A stretch of DNA of 64,000 nucleotides from Mizuhopecten yessoensis (taxonomy: Eukaryota), in the NCBI RefSeq assembly GCF_002113885.1, contig NW_018404542.1, positions 300,485-364,484 on the forward strand, in the 5' to 3' direction. The notes under the pieces are model-generated. The model ran no database searches and was not told the DNA's origin. It saw only the letters and a list, made by a program, of their open reading frames with translations. Positions 36,993 through 48,900 of this stretch are shown here, one piece after another. Each line of letters starts with the position of its first letter. Position 1 is the first letter of the stretch. A program made the position numbers and the translations under genes.

Positions 36993-39900
36993 GTAAACCA
37001 TGTTTGTTGAATTGATCATCTGGTGTTCAGTGGTGTTCTGAAAAAGTCATATGGTTAGCACTCTCTCACAAGACGTTTCCATCATTGCTGTAAGATATTG
37101 TAGGCCGACTGTTTAATTTTTATTTTGTACTGTAAAAGCATTAGATTACTCTCTTATTCATCTGTTCACATCGCTGCATGATTTGGTCAGGTCATAGGGG
37201 TTACTAATGTCTGAAATATACCTATGCTATATTGATATGGGTCACGTACAGAACACATAAATAATGTTTGTCAATCTTGATTTATTTTACAGTGGCTTTC
37301 AGACAGAAAAAGAAGAGCATTACTCAAACAAGATGTTGGTAAGTTTTATTGATAAAATGGCAAACATGCATAAACCAACAAAAAAAATGTTTGACTGATA
37401 CGTATTCTCGATTGCCATTTGCATCAATGAGAAGTATCAAACTGATGATTTTCTGTACCTAAAATATAGTAAACTTGTATTTCACAAGGCATGTGTGTAG
37501 AATTTGCCGCCTTAATCATATGGAACTTCCAACGGGAGGTTCAATAGAATCTGGGTTGTTTCGCCCCAAGTTTGTTTCGCCCTAATATAAATATAAATAT
37601 TAAGTTATAAAGATCAGTGAACATTTTTTTATAATTGAAAACGCTTCAATTTTCCGTATTTCACGATTAATTGTGCTGTCGAACTTCGAATGAGACTGTA
37701 TGAGCCATACACAACTAAACAGGACTAACAATAGTGTCATCTTTAAAATAATAGATACTCAAGATACTGCTTTAGGTGACTCATTGATTTTTATAGAAAT
37801 TTATCAAGCAAGTCCTGCATATCTTTTGTAAAAAATTTGTGTTGATGAGTCCAATTACTAAAAGTCTGAGATATATTGAGTCCTCAAAAAGTTTGTGAGT
37901 CCCACACAGGAAAAGCATGAGTCCATGCACGTGAGTGTCAAACCAATAATATATAATCACTGAATTGTGAAGGTGTATAAATATGTAGCCTTGGTTTGAA
38001 TCAGTAAACAAGATGTACTTTAATTTGATAACCACTATTTTATGTGAACAGACATTCGACGGAGGATAGAGCTACTCCAGGATTTTGAGATGCCCACTGT
38101 GAGTCATGGCGTACAAGTCACCCCAGATGGACGATACATATGTACCACAGGTAATTAGTTTGTTTGTGTGTTACATCCTATTAACAGCAATGGTCATTTA
38201 AGGACGTGCCAGGTTTTGCTGGTGGAGGAAAAGCGGAGTTCCTAGAGAAAAATCACCAACCAACGGCCATTACCTGGCGACTGCTCCATGTGTGTCTTGA
38301 CCTTGCGACCCAGTGGTGGAGGGCTAGTGGTAGCAGAATGTCAGACACATAACCACTTGGCCACCGCAGACCCATTTTTGTTTTGGGGGTTTTCGTCAAA
38401 AGCAGATGCAAAATAATCATAGATGATCCTTACATATTTTTTTTTTAAACACAAATCACTAATTATATATAATAATAATAATAATAATAATACTGGACGC
38501 AGGCAATATGCCTATATATCCAGATCTGGATATCGTCAGACACTATGTTGACGTCTCAGCAATGAATAAGTTCATTAATGTCTATCTCATGGTTATAGAA
38601 ACAATCAGGTTTTCCCCAATACTTATCCAGATGGGATTCAAATGTTTTAATTGTTGGTGAGGTGATGACAGTATCGGGTAGTGAGTTCCAGTGGTTTACA
38701 ATACGTTCTTTAAAAACATATTTTCATAGTTTGCAATTTTTACAATACAGCAAGCCGGGCTCTATAGTAGTTTCTATAACCATGCATTTGATCATTCTAC
38801 GATTAACAAGTGGGGTCCTTTAATGTCCCAACCAACCAATAGAATGGTTATATCTATAGGTATCCAGTATTTATACCAGAAAACACCTGGAAGTAGAAAG
38901 ACTTTAAATATACTTATTAGAACTTAAAATATACTTTAAAAGATTTTTTAAGGCATGACACATTTTTATTATTTTATTGGCAAAAAGTTTAAAGACATAC
39001 ATATAAAGAAATCTGCAGGTATTTCCATGTATGTATGTATAGTTACATGTATACCTCTTATGCTCACACATATATGTTATTTCCTTTGCATGTCATGAAA
39101 GATCTCTGAGTGGGAATATGCCCAAGCTCTGATTATGAACATATTTTGTTGGTAGATATTTGGGCGTATCCTCTTTTTTTTCTGTCATCATTCTATCCAT
39201 TTACATGGGCAGATTGGTCGAGTGGTAAACACTCAGGCCTTCCACGCAGGTGGTCAGGGTTCGATTCCTGAAGTCGTCGCACTCATGGATATTCAGAAAA
39301 TGTTTTTCTCCTGCCAACGCAACTCCAACAACCAAGGTGGAGTATCAGTTGGTCTGGGGTGGATGTTGCAGTAATTCAATTGAGGTGACACTAGAAGTGT
39401 TGTTGTTGGAAGCACAGTCCCACTACAAACAGAACATATTACATTTCCAGCAGACACACATAGAGAGATATTAGCCAGGTGGCATAGGACTAGAAGTTAT
39501 CAGCTATACGGCAGTTTCTGCGAATTCCCCTTAAGGATTTCTCTCCCACTGCACTGTGTTTATTCCTATATACAGTAACCTCCCCTTAATGATCCCTGTC
39601 CCACTACACTGTGTGTATTCCTATATACAGTAACCTCCCCTTAAGGATTTCTCTCCCACTACACTGTGTGTATTCCTATATACAGTAACCTCCCCTTAAG
39701 GATTTCTCTCCCACTACACTGTGTGTATTCCTATATACAGTAACCTCCCCTTAATGATCCCTGTCCCACTACACTGTGTTAATTCCTATAAACAGTTACC
39801 TCCCCTTAAGGATCCCTGTCCCACTACACTGTGTTTATTCCTATATACAGTAACCTCCCCTTAATGATCCCTGTCCCACTACACTGTGTTTATTCTTATA

Positions 39901-42900
39901 TACAGTAACCTCCCCTTAATGATCCCTGTCCCACTGCACTGTGTTTTTCCTATATACAGTAACCTCCCCTTAAGGATTTCTCTCCCACTGCACTGTGTTT
40001 ATTCCTATATTCAGTAACCTCCCCTTAATGATACCTGTCCCACTGCACTGTGTTTATTCCTATATACAGTAACTTCCCCTTAAGGATTCCTCTCACACTG
40101 CACTGTGTTTATTCCTATATACAGTAACATCCCCTTAAGGATCCCTGTCCCACTACACTGTGTTTATTCCTATATACAGTAACCTCCCTTTAAGGAACCC
40201 TGTCCCACTGTACTGTAGTTTATTCCTATATACAGTAACCTCCCCTTAAGGATCCCTGTCCCACTGCACTGTGTTTATTCCTATATACAGTAACCTCCCC
40301 TTAATGATCCCTGTCCAGTGGCACTTTTTTATTCCTATATACAGTAACTTCCCTTAACTTTCGTTTGGATTAAATGTAACACAGTTAAGCCATTGACACA
40401 GTAGCTCAATCTGTAAGAGTAATGGAACCCCAGTCTTAAGTTCAGGGTACAAATCACGGTCTAGCCTCGTTGAATTTTACGCTTAAAACACTGTTGTTGA
40501 TTGTATCTTGTCTATTCCATCTTTATTATTTCTTATTAAAGTCCCCGAAGGTATGGTTTTCTTTTCAAAAATGATTTATCAAAGCTATAGTCATGTCAGA
40601 TAAAACAGTTTCCAATACTTAGTTACAGTGTTTTCGCAGTGGTATAGGGATCCTTAATTTGAAAATGAAAGATCAATACAGTTATTTTTATTTTTACCCA
40701 TGTGGTGATTTATTAAATATATTCAATACCAAACAAATGTTTGTTTTTATGTATTGTAGGAACATATAAACCACGTTTTAGATGTTATGATGTTGCTCAA
40801 ATGTCACTCAAGTTTGAACGAGGACTGGATTCTGATGTCGTCAAGTTTCTATTACTGGATAACGATTATTCAAAAGTAAGTGTTAATGGTCTGTTTTACT
40901 ATTTTCACTCATGCTGGAAAAATAACAAAAGAATCTCTTGATGATAAAATGGAAATCATTTCCACAGATTTATGTTCACCGTCAAACGAGAAAAAATTAA
41001 AAACTGTTTTATTTGCAGTAATTAGCACCTTCCCTTTTTTTCAGCACCTCCATTCCTATCACCCTCCATCCTGGCATTTTCAAGTTAACAGAATATTTTA
41101 CTATATACATTTTATATTTGATTTCCGTACAGTCTCACAATTTGACACGATTGTTTTACAGCATTTAAAAAAAAACCAGAACAATTTCTGATTCTCTTTT
41201 GGAATGTGTCCGACAGATGTGTGGCTATTAAAGCCACTGACACAACCTCTGTTTTGCTATGTTATTAAGCGCCCCATTCAAGTTATTAAAATTTTGCTGT
41301 CTGCCATATTTGTTATGATGCTTTTTACTACCAGTACAGGAACAACTCTATATGTATCAGACTGATTATCAGGAGAAGTCAAGTTTGTATCTTTCAATAA
41401 TATAGTTTTGGGGGTTTATTTTTGGTAACATTTAAAATTTTCGCATGTAAAATCTGTCCTACAAAACCCAAGAGTCAAAGCTCATTTTGGGGAACTAAAG
41501 ACATACTCTCGAAGGTCTACTGAAATCCCGGATATTTCTGATAATTTAGGATTTATTTTCTAAAGGATAAGTGATAGCCGTTATGGATATGGTATAAATC
41601 ATGTTGTAAACTTGATCCATGTTGTGCTAGAAGACCTGGGCTAGTATCTGGGTACAAAATTTACACCCCGGTCAGGAAACATTTGAAACTGTCTCACCCA
41701 GTGGTAGGACAACCAGATTTGTGGGTTTAGATTTCTATTAAAATTCCTGTCAGGTGACAATGCAAACATCGATCAGAAAGCAGTGGGGTGATTTCATCAC
41801 AAGTTGAATTTTGATGTCACTCAATGTTACCTGTTGTATAACAGTCATGTTGGAAGTTTTATCTAAGTGCTGTACAGTGTCAGGTTTGACAATATAACTG
41901 TTTGACCAGCAGTTACACTGAGCAGTATGTAGTAGAAAAGACTGTTTGTTTGATTGTTTCCCTAGGTTGTGTTCCTTCAGTGCGACAGGTACATAGAGTT
42001 CCATTCCTCGAATGGACGCTACTACAAACTCCGTATACCCAAGTATGGTCGTGACCTTGCCTACCATCATGCTAGCTGTGATATGTACATAGGAGGAGTC
42101 AGGTAGGCAATATTGGTTGGAATACTCATTTGGTCAGACCCAACTTTGATATGTATCTTATTTTATCATTTGAAAGTAGATACATGTGTGTTTCGGGAGT
42201 TTACTTGTACATGTTAATGTTCTATTTATAGATTATCACACTGTTCTTAGTTGTTTTTTATGAAATACAATTTTATCAACATTTATCCAGTTCTTGACGT
42301 CACCTGGCCTGCACAAGCAGACATTCTATTTTGAGAAAATACAGTCCAAAAATTATCAAAAACAACAAAGACAAAGGAAAAGAAACAAACAGTATGTCCC
42401 CATGCAGTGAGCATGGCACAGAAAGAGACCTGTTCATTTCTCTATAGTGAATGAACATGTACATGTCTGTACAGCATGTCTAGTGTAAATAGGTTTTACA
42501 ACACATCATTATATTTAAGTCAGGGCCACTTGTAAACTTTACAGTCAAATTTGATGAGGCACTTGTTTCAGTGACTTTTTATATGCCCGTCAAATTTGAC
42601 AGGAGTATTATGGTATGGGGTTGTCCGTCCGTCCGGCGAAAACTTTTGTTTGTCCGGCAATCTCCTCCTACACTTTTCATCCGATCTCTTTGAAACTTGA
42701 TATACATCATAATCACAATATGAAGTTGTGTCTCCCTTAAAAGAATTTTGATTCGACTATTTTTTCAAAAGTTATTGCCCTTTGTTCATTTCAGTATTTG
42801 ATTTTTGTCCGGCAATCTCCTCCTACATTTTTCTATCGATTTCTTTGAAACTTGGTATACATCATGATCATGATATGAAGTTGTGTCTCCCTTAAAAGAA

Positions 42901-45900
42901 TTTTGATTCGACTATTTTTTCAAAAGTTATTGCCCTTTGTTCATTTCAGTATTTGATTTTTTGTCCGAAGATTTTCTCCTACATTTTTTATAGCATGTCA
43001 GCTAACCACTCTTAGATTGATGCAGATCTTATTTCAATGTAAGAAAGTATATAACACTATATGACATTTGAAGGGCGTATTTTGTTCCGCCCCGCGGTAC
43101 TCTTGTTGAGCAATGGTGGAATGATGATGGAAACATTGATGATTCAATTGTTAAAACAATTATAGTAAAGCTGTCTTAAAATAAATGTCCTGTTTTCTCT
43201 GTACAGTTCAGAAGTCTACAGACTCAATCTGGAGCAAGGCCGGTTCCTTAATCCTCTTGTTGTTGAGGCAGAGTAAGTTTTTTTATCTTTTATTATCATC
43301 AATTTTTTTTTCTTCACAATTTTGTCACCAAAGAAAATTGCACATTTACACAATATATGTATATTTATGGTATTAGCTAGCCTGCACAATTTTGGATACT
43401 TATGGTATTACAGCTACTAACCTGCATAATATGTGGATGTTTATGGTATTAGCAAACCTGCACAATTTTGGATTTTTATGGTATTAGCTAACCTGCATAA
43501 TTGTGGATATTTATGGTATTAGCTAACCTGCACAATTTGTGGATATTTATGGTATCAGCTTGCCTGCAAAAATTGTGGACATTTATGGTATCAGCTTACT
43601 GCACAAATTGTCAATATTTATGGTATAAGCAAACCTGCACAATCTGTGGTTGTGTTTGGTATAAGCTTGCCTGCACAATTTTTGGATATTTATGGTATTT
43701 CCTAACCTGCACAATATATGGATATTTGTGGTATTAGCTAACCTGCACTATTTGTGGATATTTATGGTATAAGCTTACTGCAAAATATTTGGAAATTTAT
43801 GATATTAGTTTACCCGCACAAATTGTGGATATTTATGGCATTAGCTAACCTGCACAGTTTGTGGATATTAGATATTCATGGTATTAGCTAACCTGGTCCA
43901 AAGGGCCATGTGAGTATATTCTATGGTGCCATGTACTTTGTCTGTTTGTCTGACCATCATCCGTCTGTCTTTTGTTTATAACAAAGATTCTGTTCCTTAT
44001 TAGTTCCCAATTGGTGTTAGGCCCATATGGAAATTATTCCTAGTTTGCAGCCATGTTAATGTTTGTTTTGTGCCTGGTGTAGTAATATATAAATTGCATA
44101 TTGTTTGCTCACTCAGTATGAAATACCAAATTTGGGTGCCAGCATCCTTATAAGGTCATTGTGATCAGAAGATAAACAAATATAGGGACTGAATCTCCTG
44201 AAAGCTAAGGAGCTGGGCCACAGCTTATCACATAGGCTTATTTGCTTTAGATTTGCATCTCCTCCCAAAGTACAACATTGAAATTGTTGTAGTTCTTAGT
44301 CTAAATAGGGATAAAAAGTGACATAAAGAAGAGAGTTGGTCCTACCGGGGCTAAGACGTGGGTGGGGTAGAGAGTTGGTCCTACCGGGGCTAAGACGTGG
44401 GTGGGGTAGAGAGTTGGTCCGACCGGGGCTAAGGCGTGGGTGGGGTAGAAGAGGTCAAATCAGCGTATTTTTCTTCTGCTGATTTGCTCTGCCAAAATAA
44501 CTGAGAAAATTTTAACCAAGTCGTATAATAACACGTTTATACACATATGGATAAAAACTTTTACAAATAAATAAGATAACCTAGCTAGAGGGCTGACAGG
44601 ATTGGTAAAACGAGGACAAATGGCTGTTTAGGTCACCTGAGATTTATTCAAGTGACCTATTCTGATCGCGTTCCGTCCGTCGTCGTGCATTGTGTGTAAA
44701 CTTTTTACATTTTCGACTTCTCAAGAACCAGTGGATGGAATATTTTCAATCTTAGTCAGAATCATCCTTGGTAGATGAGGCTACAAAATTGTAAAATTGG
44801 GATACCTTCCCCAACCCCCATGGGCCAGGGCGGGGCCCAAAAGGGAAGTTAACCAAAATTTCAAAAATCTTCTTCTCCAGACTAGATAGAGGTACTACAG
44901 TCAATTTCTCTGCATGGATAGAAAGATCATCAGGGGCTGTATTTAAATTGTAAATTTCAGTACCCCCTGGCCATCCGTTCTCCCTTGGGTAGGGGGTAAA
45001 GTTTACTATAGGTTATATAGGGAAATAACACTTTTGGGTATATTTTGTTAATTTTCCATAGGAAATTTGTTTTAGTTAGTGATACTCATCCTTGTAGGAA
45101 GATTAGGTATCAATTTGTAATATTGAGATCCTTGCCCCAACCCAAGGGGACAGGGCAGGGCCTCAAAGGGAAAATTAACCAATATTTCAAAAATCTTCTT
45201 CTCCAGACTCAAAGGTATTACAGTCAGTTTTTCTGCATGGATGGAAATATCATCAGGGGCTTTATTTAAATTGTAAATGTCAGTAACCCCGGGGTGTCCG
45301 TTTGCCCTTGGGTAGGGGGTAAAGTTGATCATATAGGGAAATAACATTTTTGGATATATTTTGCCCATTTTCAGTGGGAATTTATTCAAACTTGGTCAGA
45401 ATCATCTTTGGTGGAAGAGGGTATTACAATTTTATATAATTTGTCCATTTTTAGCAGGAAATTATTAAAACTTGGTTGGAATGATTAAGTTGCAAGATGG
45501 CAATTAGATGGTGTGAGAAAATAAGATCCTGCCCCATCCCCTGGGGCTGGAGGTTTTGGGCCCAATTGGGGAAAATCAGAAGTTAAAAAATACCAGCTTG
45601 GTTGGAATAGTTATAATGAAATTGAAATCGAATAGTATCAGAAAGAAAGATCCTGACCTATCCCAGGGGTTGGCCATAGAGGAAAAATGGCTTAATAACA
45701 ATAGATAATAGATATTATATTTCTCAAAAGTAAAATTATTTATTTTAATAGTTTTTAAAGTTCTAAACCTTTGGTGACATGACAAGTATTGTAGTTCATT
45801 AGGTTTACATGGTGATTTCCACATCACATCTTAACAATGAAATTAAGCTACCAGTATCTATAATATATCTCAGGTGACCGCTAAGGCCCTCTTGGGGGGT

Positions 45901-48900
45901 TTTTACCGGACAGTTTTGTACGAAACTGTACGTAGTGGTAGCATGCTAACCCCCTAGGGATCAAAAGTTACAATGTTCCTGGTGAACAAATCAAAGTCAA
46001 AGTCAAATAAAGGGCGAGGGTTTAGGTCAACTACCTGGTTTAACCAAATAGTAGTGGTAGCATCCTCAGCCTACAGGGGTCAACAGTTATAGAAATAATG
46101 AGGCCTACTATCCCCGTGGCATACAATGTACATCCAAAACTATGGGATAGATTTCAATCTGATTTCCAAAATAGTCAGGGGAGCAATTCAAGGCCCTTGA
46201 GCCTCTTTAAAAGGTAGGGTCTCTTTATATTGTAGAACAATTTTGAAGTAACATTTAACATAAATTTCAATTGATACACTGTATTAGATTCCATAATTTT
46301 TTTCAACATTTTGGTCAAGGTGATTGTTTCTTTTGCCTTGGGGTCCAATTTTCAGAAAAAAAGATATATTGAGATCAACCCCAATATCATGTATTCTGTA
46401 TAACAAGGTTTCTGTTTCAGAGAGGTAAACTGTTGTCAGTTCAATCCATCTAACTACCTCTTGGCTTGCGGAACAAGCATGGTAAGCTTTTTCTTTTAAA
46501 AGTCTACCTCTGGTGTACATCAGCACATGGTTTCCTGGTCTTTCCAACTACGATTTTGGCTGATTTGTCAGTTCTTATCAAATTCACATGTAGGCAGTGA
46601 GAAAAAATGAGGCAATTGTTATGTAGATATAGGGGAATAGAGATATTCTACACCCGTCACATATACAGTACCTGGTAATTAATTCTCTCAACCCTTAATT
46701 AGGATTGACTATTAATCTCCAATAGATATTCCACATGGGAGGTTTACACTGCAATGGCATTGTACCCAAAACATGACACTTGTGGGAAGGTGGCCAAAGA
46801 AATTGATATGATATGCAAGGAATGCTGTTTTTACATTATAACACTAGCTATTTGATACTTTTATGATAGTCATAGAAAGAAGAGTTCTGGTGTCGGGAAG
46901 ATTTCTTTTAGGGTCCTTATTTTTATGACTTGAGCTTTTCAGTGCTGCTTGTTTCTTTGATTAACAAGAAAGTACCAGTTTGATCTGACGTATGGAGGTA
47001 TTTGGTTTGTTGTATAGGGTACGGTGGAGTGTTTTGATCCGCGGGTCAGAACTAGAGTGGGTGTGCTGGACATAGCCCTCAGTAAACACGTCGACGACCT
47101 CGAGTAAGTTCAGTTTTATTGTATAAAGAATATTTCTTCCTACGGTAGTCGTTAATTGTCTTTATACAGATGCTTTATTGACAGGTGGTTTTTTCATGAA
47201 ACCTTTAATGGATTGAATTTTGTGATTTTAAATTGCAAAACACTCTTTCATTTTTACCAATATGATAACTTTTAAACAGATAAACTGGGTAAGGTTACAA
47301 TTTGTTCTTGTTTTGAACCAGCAAAAATTGTGTTAAAATAAATGATGTTCAATTTAATGATTAACACAACTGAAAATTACATAATTGATGAATGAAGCTG
47401 GATAGGGTATTGAAGAAGAAAAATAGTATCAGCAAATATTTTAAAATCATGACAAACAGTTGTAAATAGGATATGTGTTTTGTCTTAAGAACCTTGGACC
47501 TCCCAGCTGTGACAGCATTAAAATTCCGTGATGGTCTCAACATGGCTGTAGGAACGAGCACGGGTCATGTAAGTATATGTGCAAGGTGTTAACATGGCGG
47601 TAGGAACGAGCACCTGTCATATAAGTATATGTGGTGTTAACATGGCGGTAACAACGAGCACCGGTCATATAAGTATATGTGGTGTTAACATGGCGGTAGG
47701 AACAAGGACCAGCCATATAAGTATATATGGTGTTAACATGGCTGTAGGAAGGAGCACCTGTCATATAAGTATATGTGGTGTTAACATGGCGGTAGGAACG
47801 AGCACCGGTCATATAAGGATATGTGGTGTTAGCATGGCGGTAGGAAGGAGCACCGGTCATATAAGTATATGTTGTGTTAACATTGCGGTAGGAAGGAGCA
47901 CCGGTCATATAAGTATATGTTGTGTTAACATGGCGGTAACAACGAGCACCGGTCATATAAGCATATGTGGTGTTAACATGGCGGTAGGAACGAGCACTGG
48001 TCATGTAAGTATATGTGATGTTAACATGGCGGTAACAACGAGCACCGGTCATACAAGTATATGTGGTGTTAACATGGCGGTAGCAACGAGCACTGGTCAT
48101 GTAAGTATATGTGATGTTAACATGGCGGTAACAACGAGCACCGTTCATATAAGTATATGTGGTGTTAACATGGCTGTAGGAAGGAGCACCTTTCATATAA
48201 GTATATGTGGTGTTAACATGGCGGTAACAGCGAGCGCCGGTCATGTAAGTATATGTGGTGTTAACATGGCGGTAACAGCGAGCGCCGGTCATGTAAGTAT
48301 ATGTGGTGTTAACATGGCGGGAGGAAGGAGCACCGGTCATATAAGTATATGTTGTGTTAACATGGCGGTAACAACGAGCACCAGTCATATAAGTATATGT
48401 GGAGTTAACATGGCAGTAGGAAGGAGCACCGGTCATATAAGTATAGGTGGTGTTAACATGGCGGTAACAACGAGCACCTGTCATATAAGTATATGTTATG
48501 TTAACATGGCGGTAGGAACGAGCACTGGTCATGTAAGTATATGTGATGTTAACATGGCGGTAACAACGAGCACCGGTCATATAAGCATATGTGGTGTTAA
48601 CATGGCGGTAGGAACGAGCACCAGTCGTATAAGGATATGTGGTGTTAACATGGCAGTAACAACGAGCACCAGTCATATAAGTCTATGTGGTGTTAACATG
48701 GCGGTAGGAACGAGCACCAGGCATATAAGTATATGTGGTGTTAACATGGCGGGAGGAAGGAGCACCGGTCATATAAGTATATGTGGTGCTAACATGGCGG
48801 TAGGAGTCTTGTTATTCTATCTAGTAAGTATCGCTGTAGCAGTCTCTTCTTTTATTTTTTTATATTGTATATGTGGTGTTAACATGGCGGTAGGAACAAG

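Larger units (their letters stand above)
43884..46207 (+). mobile_element. Degenerate HINE-like element (outer member of a nest)
   Basis: Start TTAGCTAACCTGGTCCAAAGGGCCATGTGAG plus a (GTCT/GTCC)-like tract; end CAGGGGAGCAATTCAAGGCCCTTGAGCCTCT. Confidence 0.5.

Noticed and set aside
39207-39280. Possible tRNA gene
   Set aside because: A and B boxes are present but I cannot close an acceptor stem and there is no adjacent poly-T terminator; better explained as a SINE head.
39531-40357. Possible CRISPR array (regularly spaced repeats here and elsewhere)
   Set aside because: No unique spacers and no cas genes; the context is spliceosomal-intron eukaryotic DNA.
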